From Octopus vulgaris (Eukaryota): a DNA stretch of 64,000 nt. Below, piece by piece: positions 13,913 through 28,125 of this stretch. The position numbers and the translations under genes are program-made. The first letter of the stretch is position 1; every line of letters begins with the position of its first letter. The notes beneath the pieces were generated by a model. The model worked only from the letters and a program-made list of their open reading frames with translations. It was not told the origin of the DNA and made no database searches. The DNA lies in the NCBI GenBank assembly GCA_951406725.2, contig OX597815.1, positions 29,884,001-29,948,000 of the forward strand, given 5' to 3'.

Positions 13913-14530
13913 GTGGAGGGGAGGTACGACGACGAGCTCGGGGCGAACCTGGACGTCGACGAGGAGTACCTGACCCGCCTGTTCAGGACGACTTTCGGGC
14001 CAGGGCCCATGGACAACTTCCAGAGATCCCTGGCCTGGCAGTGCTACCGAGAAGCGCTACCCGTTCGGGATAAGCTCTACAGACACGGCTCGAGAAACAC
14101 GGGGCCGACCTGCCCGAGATGCGGTCAGAGCGACGAAACCGTTCTGCACGCACTCGTTCAGTGTCCAACAATTTCCGACCTGTGGGCTTGTGTCGAACAA
14201 CTGCTGTCACGTGTGGGACGAGTCGGTTTATCAGCTGAGTCTATCGTCAATATTGTCACGCTTCCTTCCTTCAAACGGGAAGGAAGAGCTATTTTCATCA
14301 TCCTTGTGGCTATGGCGAAAGAATGTATCTGGTGGACGCGTCTGAAAGGATTGGAGACAAACACTTTCCTCTCTGGTCAATCTCTCATCAACTTCTTCAA
14401 GTACCACTTGAAAAGGAAAGTGAGAGTAGAGAGGCAAGTTTTGTCTAGCGAATGTTTTAAAAAAAGATGGGTGAATGTAGCAAGAATGGCACGTATGAAT
14501 GACGAAGCCACCTTGAGCATAGTCCTATGA
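13913..14530 (+). pseudogene. LINE ORF2 C-terminal zinc-finger (zf-RVT-like) fragment, uninterrupted
   Basis: AWQCYREALPVRDKL...CPRCGQSDETVLHALVQCP...W...AKECIWWTR pattern of L1/Tx1 ORF2. Confidence 0.88.
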
Positions 14531-14856
14531 ACCCAGAAATCGAAAACAGAGAGTTGCTTATTTGCAAAAAAAAAAAAAAAAAAAAAAAGAAATATAAAAT
14601 GTGACTTCATTGACCGAGGTTACCGTGGTCTTTTCCGTAGGCTTTTCTTTCCACGGGTAAACCTCACCTGTCCTGAATGGCACGTATGAATGACGAAGCC
14701 ACCTTGAGCATAGTCCTATGAACCCAGAAATCGAAAACAGAGAGTTGCTTATTTGCAAAAAAAAAAAAAAGAAATATAAAATGTGACATCATTGACCGAG
14801 GTTACCGTGGTCTTTTCCGTAGGCTTTTCTTTGCACGGGTAAACCTCACCTGTCCT
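14484..14856 (+). repeat. Tandem duplication (14484-14674 and 14675-14856) over LINE stop codon and 3' UTR
   Basis: gaatggcacgtatgaatgacgaagcc...aaacctcacctgtcct occurs twice, differing mainly in poly-A length and about 2 substitutions. Confidence 0.95.
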
Positions 14857-15654
14857 CCCCTTTACACTTCATATTGACATTTCTGTGATAACGATCCCTA
14901 TTGATCAATTTTTTTTTTTTTTTTTTCCTCTCCCCCTTTTTTTTAACCCCCTTTTTTTTGTCCTCTTTCTCTCCTTTTACGATCCCTTTTGATCGAAACT
15001 CCCCCTTCCTTTTTTTTTTTTTTTTTTTTAAACCTTCAAAAGAAAAGCTCTACCTTGTAATTGGTTCTATCTGTGTGCAGCCCTGTGTGGCTAATAAAGA
15101 AACATATCTTCCCGTCTGTCTCTCTGTCTATCTATCTATAAAAATAAAGTGTATGTAGGGACTCATGACTATCAAGAGTATGGTTGAAAAATGCATGTAT
15201 CTATACACATATGTAAAATATATACAGATATAACACACACATACATATATTCGGAAAATTACATGTCCGCACACCCACACATATTTGTATAGGCGAAAAT
15301 TGAACTCCCAGTCAAACATACACGTTGTTCTCACAGTGGTTTTGAAAGTCTAGCTCCACTTTGCCTATACCTGTAATCTCTGAAGGGTGTCTGGTGTTAC
15401 TTAATCGCGCTTTTATCAACACGCACTTCTTAATGAATTTAACTCTATACTCAGTTTGCGTGCATTCATCAGTAAATGTTCCCTTTGTATTCTAAAACTA
15501 ACCTACAAATTATAACCTTAATTTAATACACACATATACATATGGATTTATAGTTGCCCAAGGATATATGCACGAACACACATGCACCTAGACACACATA
15601 TACATAAATATACATACATACTTGTATACATATATCTGTCGATGCACATAGCTA

Positions 15655-15696
15655 CCCTGTATGTATGTATGTATGTATGTATGTATGTATCATCTA

Positions 15697-15785
<89 letters not shown>

Positions 15786-15904
15786 TTATGTATGTATTAT
15801 GTATGTATATATGCATCTGTCTGTCTGGCTGTCTGTTTATCTATCTCTCTACCTACCTACTTATCTACCTACCTACCTACCTACCTACCTACCTTCCTAC
15901 CTAC

Positions 15905-15983
<79 letters not shown>

Positions 15984-16037
15984 CATTGTATTTCGTCTAT
16001 TTTCTGTGTTTAGCCCTGTGTGGCCACAATAAAAACA

Positions 16038-16123
<86 letters not shown>

Positions 16124-16135
16124 CCTATCTATCTG
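15655..16135. repeat. Compound (ATGT)/(GTCT)/(ATCT)/(ACCT)n tetranucleotide array
   Basis: Direct reading. Confidence 0.95.
15984..16037 (+). mobile_element. Extreme 3' fragment of a LINE related to 13904-15104, inside (ATCT)n
   Basis: ctgtgtttagccctgtgtggccacaataaaaacatatct vs ctgtgtgcagccctgtgtggctaataaagaaacatatct (15071-15109). Confidence 0.75.
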
Positions 16136-16466
16136 TGTCTTTCTGTCTTTCTCAGCTAATGATTTTATAGCATTTCTGCCAGCGATTTATATTATATAAT
16201 ATTTCATAGATGTGAATACTAATGACATATGCAGCGCTAAATTAAAGAGAGACAATAAATACCTATCTTGCACTGTTATTAAGTCAAATTATAAATTGTA
16301 TGAATAATTCATGAGAACTGATTTATATACAGTTAACGCCTTCCGGGCGTCCATTACAAGCGGAATTTTAGTATCATCTGAGTTCACCAGTCAATTTGAG
16401 GGTGTCAGATAGTCTTTTAGTGTTGTTACTTGGGTCTGAAAAGTTGTATAATCTACTACATTTATA

Positions 16467-16522
<56 letters not shown>

Positions 16523-16879
16523 GCGAACACACACTCACACACACACATACACACACACGTAGTTAGATTTAGTTATCGATTTCTCTGTATCTCATATAAC
16601 GACTACACGTATATGAGTTTAGGGTGGATGATATATGTCATGTGAAGACGAAGTGCCAGGTGGGAGGCATAACATTAAAAAGGAACAGTTTAAAAATTCA
16701 TAAAATATCACAAATAATTATGCTGAATATATCAATAGTATAATTAAACACGTACAAATTAAAACAAATTTAATTTTTTAAAAGAGCAACACCGGCCCGT
16801 CAAAAGTACTTATGTGCGAAGCTGACAACCTCTTTATTTATTTCCACTCTGTATTTTTCTGAGTTGAAGATTTCAGAAT

Positions 16880-17420
16880 ACTCCGCTAGACGCCTTTAGG
16901 TTACTGTGTGCAAATGGTGTTTCACTTGGTCAACAAGAACAGAAACAATAGCATCTCGTAATGTCTTTCTAAAATTTGTGCGAATATTCTGTTATTTGCA
17001 CTTCGTCTTGAAAGTAATTGCGTACTTAATACGCATGTTCTATTTGGTCTATATATGCTTTAATGCATTCGATAAGAAGGCGAGCGTAACCCCTACTTTG
17101 CGCATTCTTATTTCCCCTTTTAATTGTTCTCTTTGGATTTTCATTCCTGCTCTCTTGCTCTCTTTTTTTTTTTTTTTTTCGAAGAAGTCTGTCTGGATCT
17201 TTCGGTTTTCATCTGCTACTCATCCGTATAGACGAATGGGGTGATACTGTCTGTTGTGAGACGGGGGATTTTGTTCCCGCTGATTTTGCTGTTATGTTGG
17301 ACTCACTATCTTCTATAAATATCAGAGGCAAGTTGGAATACTTTTCCATGACATAACATTGTCACACTTCTTTGTCTTCCTTTAACTAGATTCAACCCAT
17401 GTCTAAAACCTTTCTTTGGT
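16880..17420 (-). mobile_element. Possible very old LINE RT remnant
   Basis: Frameshifted YHPIRL (cf. YRPISL) followed at plausible spacing by a KAY/DQIEH-like stretch (cf. KAFD.VWH); weak. Confidence 0.3.
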
Positions 17421-17744
17421 TTGTAATGGTAGCAAATGAATTATTTGTTAATTCTGTACGAGTTTGCGTTGCTGCTGTTGTTATTAATACTTTCATTAAG
17501 TATATATTCTTGTGTGCTAAATTGTCTATGCTTGTGAGTGTATAAATTTGTTTCACTGTTTTTCTTTATTTTATCATTTTTTGAATTCTCTTTAGCATAC
17601 TTTTTTAAAAAATTCGTTCTCGTGTATTCGAAAATCATTTTGTGAATTTTTTGGGTAAGGAAATCCCGGCCTATACTATACTGCTGTTCAGACCCTTTTT
17701 TTCACTCCTCCAGTGGCGGAAGCTTTATTAGTTTCAAATTTTGG

Positions 17745-17945
17745 CATAAAACCAGCAATTTCAGGTAGGTGGGGGCAAGTCGATTACATCAATCCCAGTG
17801 GTTAACTGGTCCTTATTTTATCGACAACGAAAGGATGAAAGGCAAAGTCGACCTCTACGGAATTTGAACTCAAAACTCAAAGACGGACGCAATGACGATA
17901 AGCATTTTCCCCGGCGGGCTAACAATTTCGCCAGCTCGTCGCCTT
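17745..17945 (-). mobile_element. Meta-domain-like tRNA SINE
   Basis: Contains the reverse complement of gtcgactttgcctttcatcctttcg..gtcgataaaataag. Confidence 0.85.
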
Positions 17946-17984
17946 GAAGTTATATTGAAATGCAATCAAAAGAAAAAAAAAAGG

Positions 17985-18312
17985 TCTCTGAATAAGGGTT
18001 GTTTAAGGATGTTGAACGAAACACCCATGTTTCCAGAGGTGAATTATCCAAATCCCAAAGAATTCCTCTCTACACATGAATATGATGCTCCCCCACTACT
18101 TCTGCTCATGATCAGAGATGCACATATCGCCAGTCACTAAGGGACATGCTCAACTGGTTAAGATCAAACAACTGACAAACAAATCTGTGGTATTGAGCAG
18201 AATATTTGCTGTAGCCCATCTTTTATACCAAGACAAAACAATGTACATGATAACACTTCCAGTCAGTTAAGATCAGAAGCCACGAGAGCCACTGTTTGGT
18301 ACTGCATCAGGG
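17985..18312 (-). mobile_element. Non-coding interspersed repeat 'family B', partial
   Basis: Reverse complement of about 48370-48690 with high identity; adjoins (TTA)n. Confidence 0.85.
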
Positions 18313-18329
18313 CGGTTATTATTATTATT

Positions 18330-18515
18330 CAGGTGGCAAGCTAGCAGAATCGTTAGCACGTCTTTACGTTCGATGTTCAAATTCCGCTGAGGACGACTTT
18401 GCCTTTCATCCCTTCGGGGTCGATAAATTAAGTACCAGTGAAACACTGGAGTCGATATAATAGACTAGTCCCCTCCCCCCAAATTTGAGGCCTTGTGCTT
18501 CCAGTAGAAAGGGTT
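18330..18515 (+). mobile_element. Meta-domain-like tRNA SINE
   Basis: ggcaagctagcagaatcgttagc...gactttgcctttcatcccttcggggtcgataaattaagtacc. Confidence 0.85.
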
Positions 18516-18599
18516 ATTGTTATCCTCCTCCTCCTCCTCCTCCTCCTCCTCCTCCTCCTCATCATCATCATCATCATCATCGTCGTTATTGTTATTGTT

Positions 18600-18802
18600 A
18601 AGGCGGCAAACTGGAGGAAACGCTTAGCGGCATTTCATTCATCTTTAAAAGTTCTGAGTTCAAATTCTGCCGAGGTCGACTTTGCCTTTCATTCTTTCAG
18701 AGTTGATAAAATAAGTACCAGTTGAGCACCGGGGTCGAAGTAATAGACTTAACCCCTCCCTCCCCCTCTAAAATTGTAGGCTTTGAGCCAAAATTTAAAA
18801 CC
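18600..18802 (+). mobile_element. Meta-domain-like tRNA SINE
   Basis: Same head and central domain as 18330 and 33682. Confidence 0.85.
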
Positions 18803-18849
18803 AGTGATTATAATGATTTATTTCATAACAACTACAACAAAAGAAGAAT

Positions 18850-19385
<536 letters not shown>

Positions 19386-19754
19386 CTATTTCTTCTAACC
19401 GTGCTGAGGGTGGTAATACTTGATGATAACGGCATCGGTGTTACTTGCTGAACAAGTCGATGTTGATGGTTGCAATTTGTGTCACCGTTTATGATGGATG
19501 CGATTGCGCTGGCTGTAGGGCTGTACGGATGGCGGTAGTAGTGATGGTAGTGATAGATGTGTTCATCGCCGTCGCCATCATCGTCGTCGCCGTCGTTGTA
19601 GTTGTTTCGGGCCAATGCTAAAAGGTTCGAAACAGTCACGTACGAAGTTTTCGAAAGTAGTTGATCGGTGAAAGCATAGCAGAAAAAGAAATGAAAAAGA
19701 AAAAGAAAATGAAAACAACAGCAAGAACGAAAATCCAAGGCTTATATAATGGTT

Positions 19755-20352
<598 letters not shown>

Positions 20353-21305
20353 AATTTGTACGTGTTATGCTTTCTTTATTTCTTTATGCGTTGTTTGTAT
20401 AATGGAAATAGCACCTGCCTCGCTGTGAAGACAAATAAAAGCTTTTGAACATTTTAGGACTAACTTGCCTTGCTGGAGATGAGTCAGTCTATGGCAATGT
20501 AATAAAAAGGCGATATATTGTGTGAAAAATCTGACAAGGAATCATGCAATTCAAATTGTTCTTATCTGTTTTACTAATCTAGATTTGTAGACGGCGACGA
20601 GCTGAAGTCTGAGCTGTTTACAACAGGTTTAGGTCTTCATTTTAGCATTTATCTGTTGCTGAAGTCACGTGATTACCGTTTCAGACCATTCTCTCTGTAA
20701 TATGTTTTCTGGCGGGAGGGAGTTGGTGGATATTTGAGGCTTGGGAATTATGAGCTGCGCACAACACAACACACACGCACTCTCTCTCTCTTACACACAC
20801 GTACACACACATACACACAAACACATACACACGCACACTAGAAGCTAGTAATAATTTGATATGTCGTTACGCGTCATTCTGTGTCATACTGAGTCACTGT
20901 GTGGAGCACTTGCGTTGATGAAACCCCGGATGGTGTAAATGTTAATATGATATATGGTTTGGTGGTTAGCGGTGTCGAGCAAGAAATAATACACCAGGGA
21001 CATGAACAAGCGAGCATATTTCGATCGCCGACCAAAACCATTTCACTTTCAATGCTAAAACCCTCAATAGAAATATATACTTGTTGCAGAATCTCATCCT
21101 CCAAACAGTGTCAACTTAGTAACCTCCGTAAGAAATCAATACTCGGTGTTAGTATATTATCTATTACAATGTTACTCTGTATATTATCTGATGATGTAAA
21201 TGATACTATCCCGCATCATACATATCACTGTGTGTGTATACATACATGCATACATACATACATACATATTTACATACATACATACATACATACATATATA
21301 CACAC

Positions 21306-21379
<74 letters not shown>

Positions 21380-21472
21380 CATATAAATAATGAGGGAGAT
21401 AAATTGAATATTAATTTAATTAATATCAATTTAAAACCAGTACCCTAGCATACAAAAATCTGAAAAATTCTA

Positions 21473-21674
21473 ATACATGTATATATTTTAAGGGCTAAAA
21501 ACCACTATGTGGACAGTCATATACTAGAAATAGATTACCTACGATCAAACTACAAAGAAAGAATGTTCTCTAGAGAAAATTCAGTGGACACCAGTAGTTT
21601 GATCGTAGGTGATCTATTTCTAGGATATGGCTGTCCACATAGTGGTTTTTAGCCCTTAAAATATACACATGTAT
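21473..21674. repeat. Inverted repeat, ~81-bp arms, ~40-bp spacer
   Basis: 21473-21553 (atacatgt...gatcaaactac) vs 21594-21674 (gtagtttgatc...acatgtat); about 5 mismatches. Confidence 0.93.
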
Positions 21675-21783
21675 ATATATACATACACAGATATCAACAG
21701 ATATCGCAAAGATACCAACAAATGTTTTCTTCTTTCTCTCCTTCTTCCATTCCTTCCCTTTTTCTTTAACAATCTTTCAGATA

Positions 21784-21837
<54 letters not shown>

Positions 21838-22867
21838 CTCTCTCTCTCTCTCTCTCACACTTTCTCCCCATTCCTCAACCCCTAGTACTATCTTATATCT
21901 CTCCCCACCCCTACACACTCAATAATAATATAAAAAGAGTCAAAATTCCTGCAAAAGTTCAATTTGAAAACTCCACTGGAGTGGACGAAAGCGCTAATAT
22001 ATGATATATGATTTATAAAAACATGTAACATACTAATATATTTCTGTAAATATAAAACCATCCAGATTTCTGAGTACTTCATTCCTTCTAATATACATAC
22101 ATATATATATATTCATACACATTCGTGTGATTATACACAGATGTACATATACACCCTGTTTGTGTACTGTGTTCCATGGTTTACAATTTATATTGTACAT
22201 ATTCATGCTATTTGCTTCGCGGTCTCCAAGTGTGCTTGGTATTTTAGTTATGACTTTCCCATACTTCTGCATATCAGTGACATTCTCCCATCCTGCTATC
22301 TTATTTTCTTATTTTTGCTTTTTAAGACGATAAGGGATGATCTGATGAGAGATTTGGCTGTTATTTATAGCATGCCTTACGACCACGTAGATTCTTCTGT
22401 ATTGGCTGCTTCGATGTTAAACATCGTTTCATTATATATAAACTTTACGACAGTTACGGTTTTATGAGGTATGAATCTATCTACACACACATACACACAC
22501 ATGTATATATTGCAGCACAAAAGCCATAAATATTGCAGGGTATGATATAAATTATTGCTAGCTTCTTACAGGCGTCCTAATATAAATGGTATAAATTTAA
22601 TGCGAAACTGTATCTAGACAATATTTTGTCTGTTTTACAGAAAATATGATAAACTGTTTAGCAAAGAAGAAATCAGCCAGGTATACTCCTCTAATTGATT
22701 TTGAAGAGACAAGCTGTATTGATATAGTTATATAGTATGTGGACTTTCATATTTTATATTGGTAATTATTATGAATATGATTGATATGTTAGATAGTATT
22801 CGCGGAAAATTCATCTCAAGACAATAAGATCGTTTAATCTCCGAAAACATTTATGAAAACTAATATA

Positions 22868-23278
22868 GGTGTAGGAGTGGCTGTGTGGTAAGTAGCTTGC
22901 TTACCAACCACATGGTTGCGGGTTCAGTCCCATTGCGTGGCACCTTGGGCAACTGTCTTCTACTATAGCCTCGGGCTGACCAAAGCCTTGTGAGTGGATT
23001 CGGTAGATGGAAACTGAAAGAAGCCCGTCGTATATATTTATATATATATATGTATGTGTGTGTGTGTGTGTATGTTTGTGTGTTTATGCTTGTCCCCCCA
23101 CCCAACATCGCTTGACAACCGATGCTGGTGTGTTTACGTCCCTGTAACTTAGCGGTTCGACAAAAGAGAACGGTAGAATAAGTACTAGGCTTACAAAGAA
23201 TAAGTCCTGGGGTTGATTCGTTCGACTAAAGGCGGTGCTCCGGCATGGCCACAGTAAACTGACTGAAACAAGTAAAGG
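22868..23278 (+). mobile_element. tRNA-derived SINE 'family A' (octopus-type, internal TA/TG microsatellite), full length
   Basis: A box tggctgtgtgg, B box ggttcagtcc, caccttgggcaa central motif, tail ggcggtgctcc..catggcc..tgactgaaacaagtaaa; about 12 copies in the window. Confidence 0.9.
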
Positions 23279-23309
23279 ATTTTATGAATTATTTAGACTT
23301 GCTATTCTT

Positions 23310-23560
23310 TTACTCTTTCTTCTCCTTGTTTCACTCATTAGTCTGCAGTCGTGCTGGGACACCAGCTTGAGGAGTTTAGATGAATAAATAACAGCCCCCT
23401 AGTACTTTTTTTGTTTGTTTGTTAAAGTGAGATACGTATCCTTTAGATCGGTTTAACCGAACCGCTAGGTTACAGTAAGAGAAACAAACCAAAACTGGCT
23501 GTCAAACGTTGGGTGAAACAAACACAAAGATGCGCGTGGATTCAGACACACACACACACA
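23310..23560 (-). mobile_element. Diverged SINE family A, 3' half
   Basis: Tail-to-tail with the previous copy; gaaccgctaggttac...ggctgtcaa. Confidence 0.65.
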
Positions 23561-23577
23561 CGCATCTCTCTCTCTTT

Positions 23578-23652
<75 letters not shown>

Positions 23653-23809
23653 CATATATATATATATAAGGTAGTAGGGGTTTGGTTCCCTGCTCGCAAT
23701 ATCTCGGATGCAACTGTGCATCCAGCTAGGGATGTCCTCTTGGGGTTAGAAAATCGCAGTAAAGTCCGTTCGAACGGACAGCCAAGTTGAAGTGGCTACG
23801 AACATTACT

Positions 23810-24103
<294 letters not shown>

Positions 24104-24587
24104 AGAACAATCTTACTTAGAAATGGATGCGTGCGTTCCGTCATATAATAAATTAATAAATAAAATATATGCATATATACATATATGTACGTACCTACTT
24201 CTACATGTATATATACATGCATATATGGGTACAGGACACCAAAAAAAACGTCGAACACAATGAGAAACGAAAACATAAACATAAAACCAACGAAATGGAC
24301 ATTTTTCTTAATTAACGAAAAAATAGAGTACAGGACAAATAATACAAGGGAAATTCCCCTTCTTCAGTCGCCATGGTTTCATCTACTCTGCGTTTTGAAG
24401 GTGAAGGCAATACGCATCTTCGATAGAACCTTTCCTTCCCGCAAAATGCAAATTAAATATAATTTGAGAGGTGTATCTTCGTATCGAACTAATCGCCAAG
24501 AAACTTACGTATACATGCATGTGTATGTATGTATGTATGTATGTATGTATGTATGTATGTATGTATGTATGTATGTATGTATGTATG

Positions 24588-24618
<31 letters not shown>

Positions 24619-24622
24619 TGTG

Positions 24623-24664
<42 letters not shown>

Positions 24665-25231
24665 TTTCTGTAAGAGTTTTTCAAGTGTTTTTTCATAGAA
24701 TTCTAGTCGATCACTAATAAAGCGACAAGGATAATTTGTTTTCGACAAGGCAATTCTTGGGATTTGTGAATATGTGAGTTAGTGCATTCATATACGTAGG
24801 TACACGTGTGAATAAACTAGCACTCATGTAATATGTGTGTATGTCACCTTAGTAGCTGTGTTTCATTATTGTTTATATATGCATATGCACATTGTATTCA
24901 TATGTGATTGTGAGTATGTTTTCATTCCAAGAAACTCAAATACAGAATCCGAGGAATGTTTCAGAAAACATTGCCGGACAACTTATTGATTGTGTTTGGA
25001 GGAAGCGAATCATTTTGCTTTATTCTTTCTCAGTATTACTAGGCTTCTATGCCCGGTGCACCTGGGTTATGTAACAATATATACATACATAAATTCATAC
25101 ATTTATATGCAAACACCCTCCACACATATATAGTAAATCCCCCAAAAACGAAGAACAAAAAAAAAAGAAAAAAAGCGAGGACGTGGTACATGTAAAGTAT
25201 TAGCAGACACTCAGGAAAGGAAAGAAATATG

Positions 25232-25266
25232 GCTTAACGTTTCGAGCAATGCTCTTCTTCAGAAAC
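25232..25266 (-). ncRNA. Minimal type-I hammerhead ribozyme motif (PLE-type)
   Basis: Minus strand gttt-CTGAAGA-a-gagc-att-gctc-GAAA-cgtt-aagc: intact core, 4-bp stem II, palindromic aacgtt in place of stem III. Confidence 0.75.
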
Positions 25267-25336
25267 AGAGTAAAGCACTATAGAAAAGGAAGACGGAGGA
25301 AAAAATCGCCAACGATTCACATGTGGTTACATTTTG

Positions 25337-25361
<25 letters not shown>

Positions 25362-25373
<12 letters not shown>

Positions 25374-25580
25374 TGAGAATGTGTATCTGTCTATCTGTCT
25401 GTGTGAATCCCTAAAACTTGAGAACTACACAACCAATTTCATTAAAATTTTACACATGCCTTACTTAGGGTCCATGTAGTGTCATGAGCAAAAAAAGTGT
25501 TTTACTTCTTTTTGCCTAGGGCGAGCACACAGCAATATCACATCTTCTCCACTATTCCAGCATTACGTGTTAAAACTGAA
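25362..25580 (+). mobile_element. Probable non-autonomous Helitron 5' region
   Basis: tatataaaactgag...(tctg)n...ccaatttcattaaaattttacaca parallels the 5' end of the Helitron at 55656-56027; 3' end not found. Confidence 0.5.
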
Positions 25581-26574
25581 ACAAAAGTATCCACAGCCGA
25601 CGGTATGGCGACCAGAGGTCGCTCTGGGTGACATTGGGTCGGCTGTCCACAGCTACCAGCCCACAGCCGACGCTATAGCATTGGTGTCACTATTACAGTC
25701 GGCTCGGCTCGGCTCGGCTTGGCTTGGCTTCTGAAGGAGAGGAAAGAAAGAATTTCAATTATATATAAAGAACTATAGCGCGAAGGCAGTATAAAAAACA
25801 ACTCTTCCTCAGTTGTTGGCAGTTTTACTTACCCCGCATTCTGAGCATTGCAACAAGATGCGTCTTCGTCAAAGCAATTGCTCCCCCAAAGCAAATTAAC
25901 TAAAATTTGAGATACGTGGACCGTCAAAGCTGCTAACAAAAACAAGACAGTGAAAATATTCGGTAAGGGTTGTTTAACCTTAACGAGGTAAAGTGGTGAA
26001 CGCTGGAGTAAAAAAGTTTTGTCAAGAGACAGACAAGAATGCGTCTTATAGTTATAAGCTGAACGAGAAGAAAAAGAATTACATTTAGAAATGGACAACT
26101 ATAAATATTGAATTATGCATAAAGTGGTGGCTTACATTTGTGGCTTCCAATTTCTCTGTAAAATAGAAGATATTCGCAAAATCATCGCACATGTCACCAT
26201 CGATTACAAACACCGATGGAAGATAAAAGTTCCAGAGGACACTCTTGTTCTTTCGTTCGTACAAGGATCGTATTAAGTTTCGGCTTAAAATAAATTATAG
26301 ATACAAATATAATATATAGAAATATATAAAAACCAGAATAGAAAATAAACGTCTTCGGCATATAAAATGAGATAACATGAGATATCAAGGTGTTATAAAC
26401 TTGAAACCAACTAGAATATCATAGATTATATATATCAAGTCATCCAATCAGTTCTGTTCAATTTTATCTTTTTTTGAGATTTGAATGAAATTTAATAGTA
26501 TTTCCAAATGTCTAATTCAATTAAAAATTATTTTTATGCATTTAAACTAATTAAATATTGTTTTACAAAATAAT

Positions 26575-26935
26575 AAACGGTGTCCACGAAGTCTGCGTAC
26601 ATGGGGATTAACACATACTTTTAAAACAAGAAAAATCTTATTTAATTATAATGTTAATAAATAATATTTTCAAAGTGATTTCCATAATTTTCAAAGCATA
26701 ACTTGAGGCGCCTTGCAAAATTCAGGTGAACTTGATTAAATAAGTCTACATTGCCATCAATTTCAGCACATTGACTCGTAATGCGTTCTCTCATGTGTTT
26801 TAAATCTGTAATCTTTATTGAATAAACTTTCTCTTTCAACCTACTCCAGAAAAAGAAATCAAGGGGAGAAAGGTCTGGTGAACGAGGGAACCATTCCATA
26901 TGACCCCTTCTTCCAATCCAGTGAGGGTATCTGTG
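26575..26935 (-). mobile_element. Tc1/mariner-superfamily transposase 3' remnant with putative TIR
   Basis: [25 protein letters not shown]...GNHFENIIY*; truncated by (TA)n. Confidence 0.85.
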
Positions 26936-26938
26936 CTA

Positions 26939-26939
<1 letters not shown>

Positions 26940-27005
<66 letters not shown>

Positions 27006-27021
27006 TATATGTGTATGTGTG

Positions 27022-27073
<52 letters not shown>

Positions 27074-27165
27074 CATACATACATACATACATACATACAT
27101 ACATACACATATACATACATACATGCATACATTTACATACGTACATACACATACATGCATTCATT
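26940..27165. repeat. (TA)n/(TACA)n microsatellite
   Basis: Direct reading. Confidence 0.95.
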
Positions 27166-28125
27166 TATGTAAATTTATATACTTGCTTGTCCAGTCAGGC
27201 ATTTGTCTCCAAACAGTGTACTAACACGTATTACTTAATTTCTCATCGTGTCATCGGCCACTAAACTGGTAATCCAACATCTTTCTCCACGGTGACATCA
27301 TGCTGGATCAAAAATAAAACCTGTCCAAATGGTGAAGAAGTTTTTCAGTGCAACTATTTCAATCGTTGTGGCCGGCTGCTCCCCACCTAACTCTGTTACT
27401 TCTACAACTTCCGTTTAATTACGGAATTTCTCTTCATCTTCAGTTTCTTGTCATTGACTTTTACTGATTCTTTTGTATTTACTGTTAATCAGACAAAAAT
27501 TAGTAAAACGTTAAGTTAGTTCAATATATACTAAATCTAGTATAAACATTTTCCCCGGCACAGGTACTCTTGTTTAACTCTGAGTAACCAGCATTGTTCT
27601 GTCTCTTTCTATCCACTTAAGTATGCAGCTACAGTTGGAAATCCAACAGCTTTCCATCTGCTAGTTCAATGCAAGTCAGGGCTCGCACTTTTCAAACCAC
27701 AGTGGATCGTTCTTTGTTGTGATCGAGGTATCAGGCGAATTTGTTTTAATGTAAAATCAACACTCACGTAGTTTACTCACACAAAATATGTACTACAGGC
27801 GAAAAAAGTGAGGCTCCAGTCACCTCCAAGGTGCATCATTTGTTGTTGCGGTATATGAGATGTAGAGATTTCAGCTTTTCCTATGACAAAGGCCGGACCA
27901 CAATCGCCCAAAAACAATCGTCTTAAAACAAAGGACGAACAACAATCACCCCAAAGAACTGACGGCCAATATACGTTTGTCAGTTGTATTGTTTCAATTG
28001 CTTCTGCCACCGGAAACGTTAGGAAAAGACATTGAAAGAACATATTTCTTCTAAGAGATCTTGGAACTCTCAGATGGCTGCATTCTTATACGCTAATATT
28101 GTTTAATAGTTTAGCGATCTTGTTG

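Larger units (their letters stand above)
13904..15104 (+). mobile_element. 5'-truncated L1/Tx1-clade LINE with 10-bp TSD
   Basis: TSD tatcttcccg at 13894-13903 and 15105-15114; open ORF2 C-terminus; pyrimidine-rich 3' UTR and AATAAA near 15093. Confidence 0.88.

Noticed and set aside
24228-24500. Cassette with ctgaagaag on the minus strand as a permuted hammerhead
   Set aside because: Could not build consistent stems or an intact GAAA; probably a repeat but unclassified.
27560-28080. Possible decayed gag zinc-knuckle (RRICFNVKS)
   Set aside because: Too degenerate to support.
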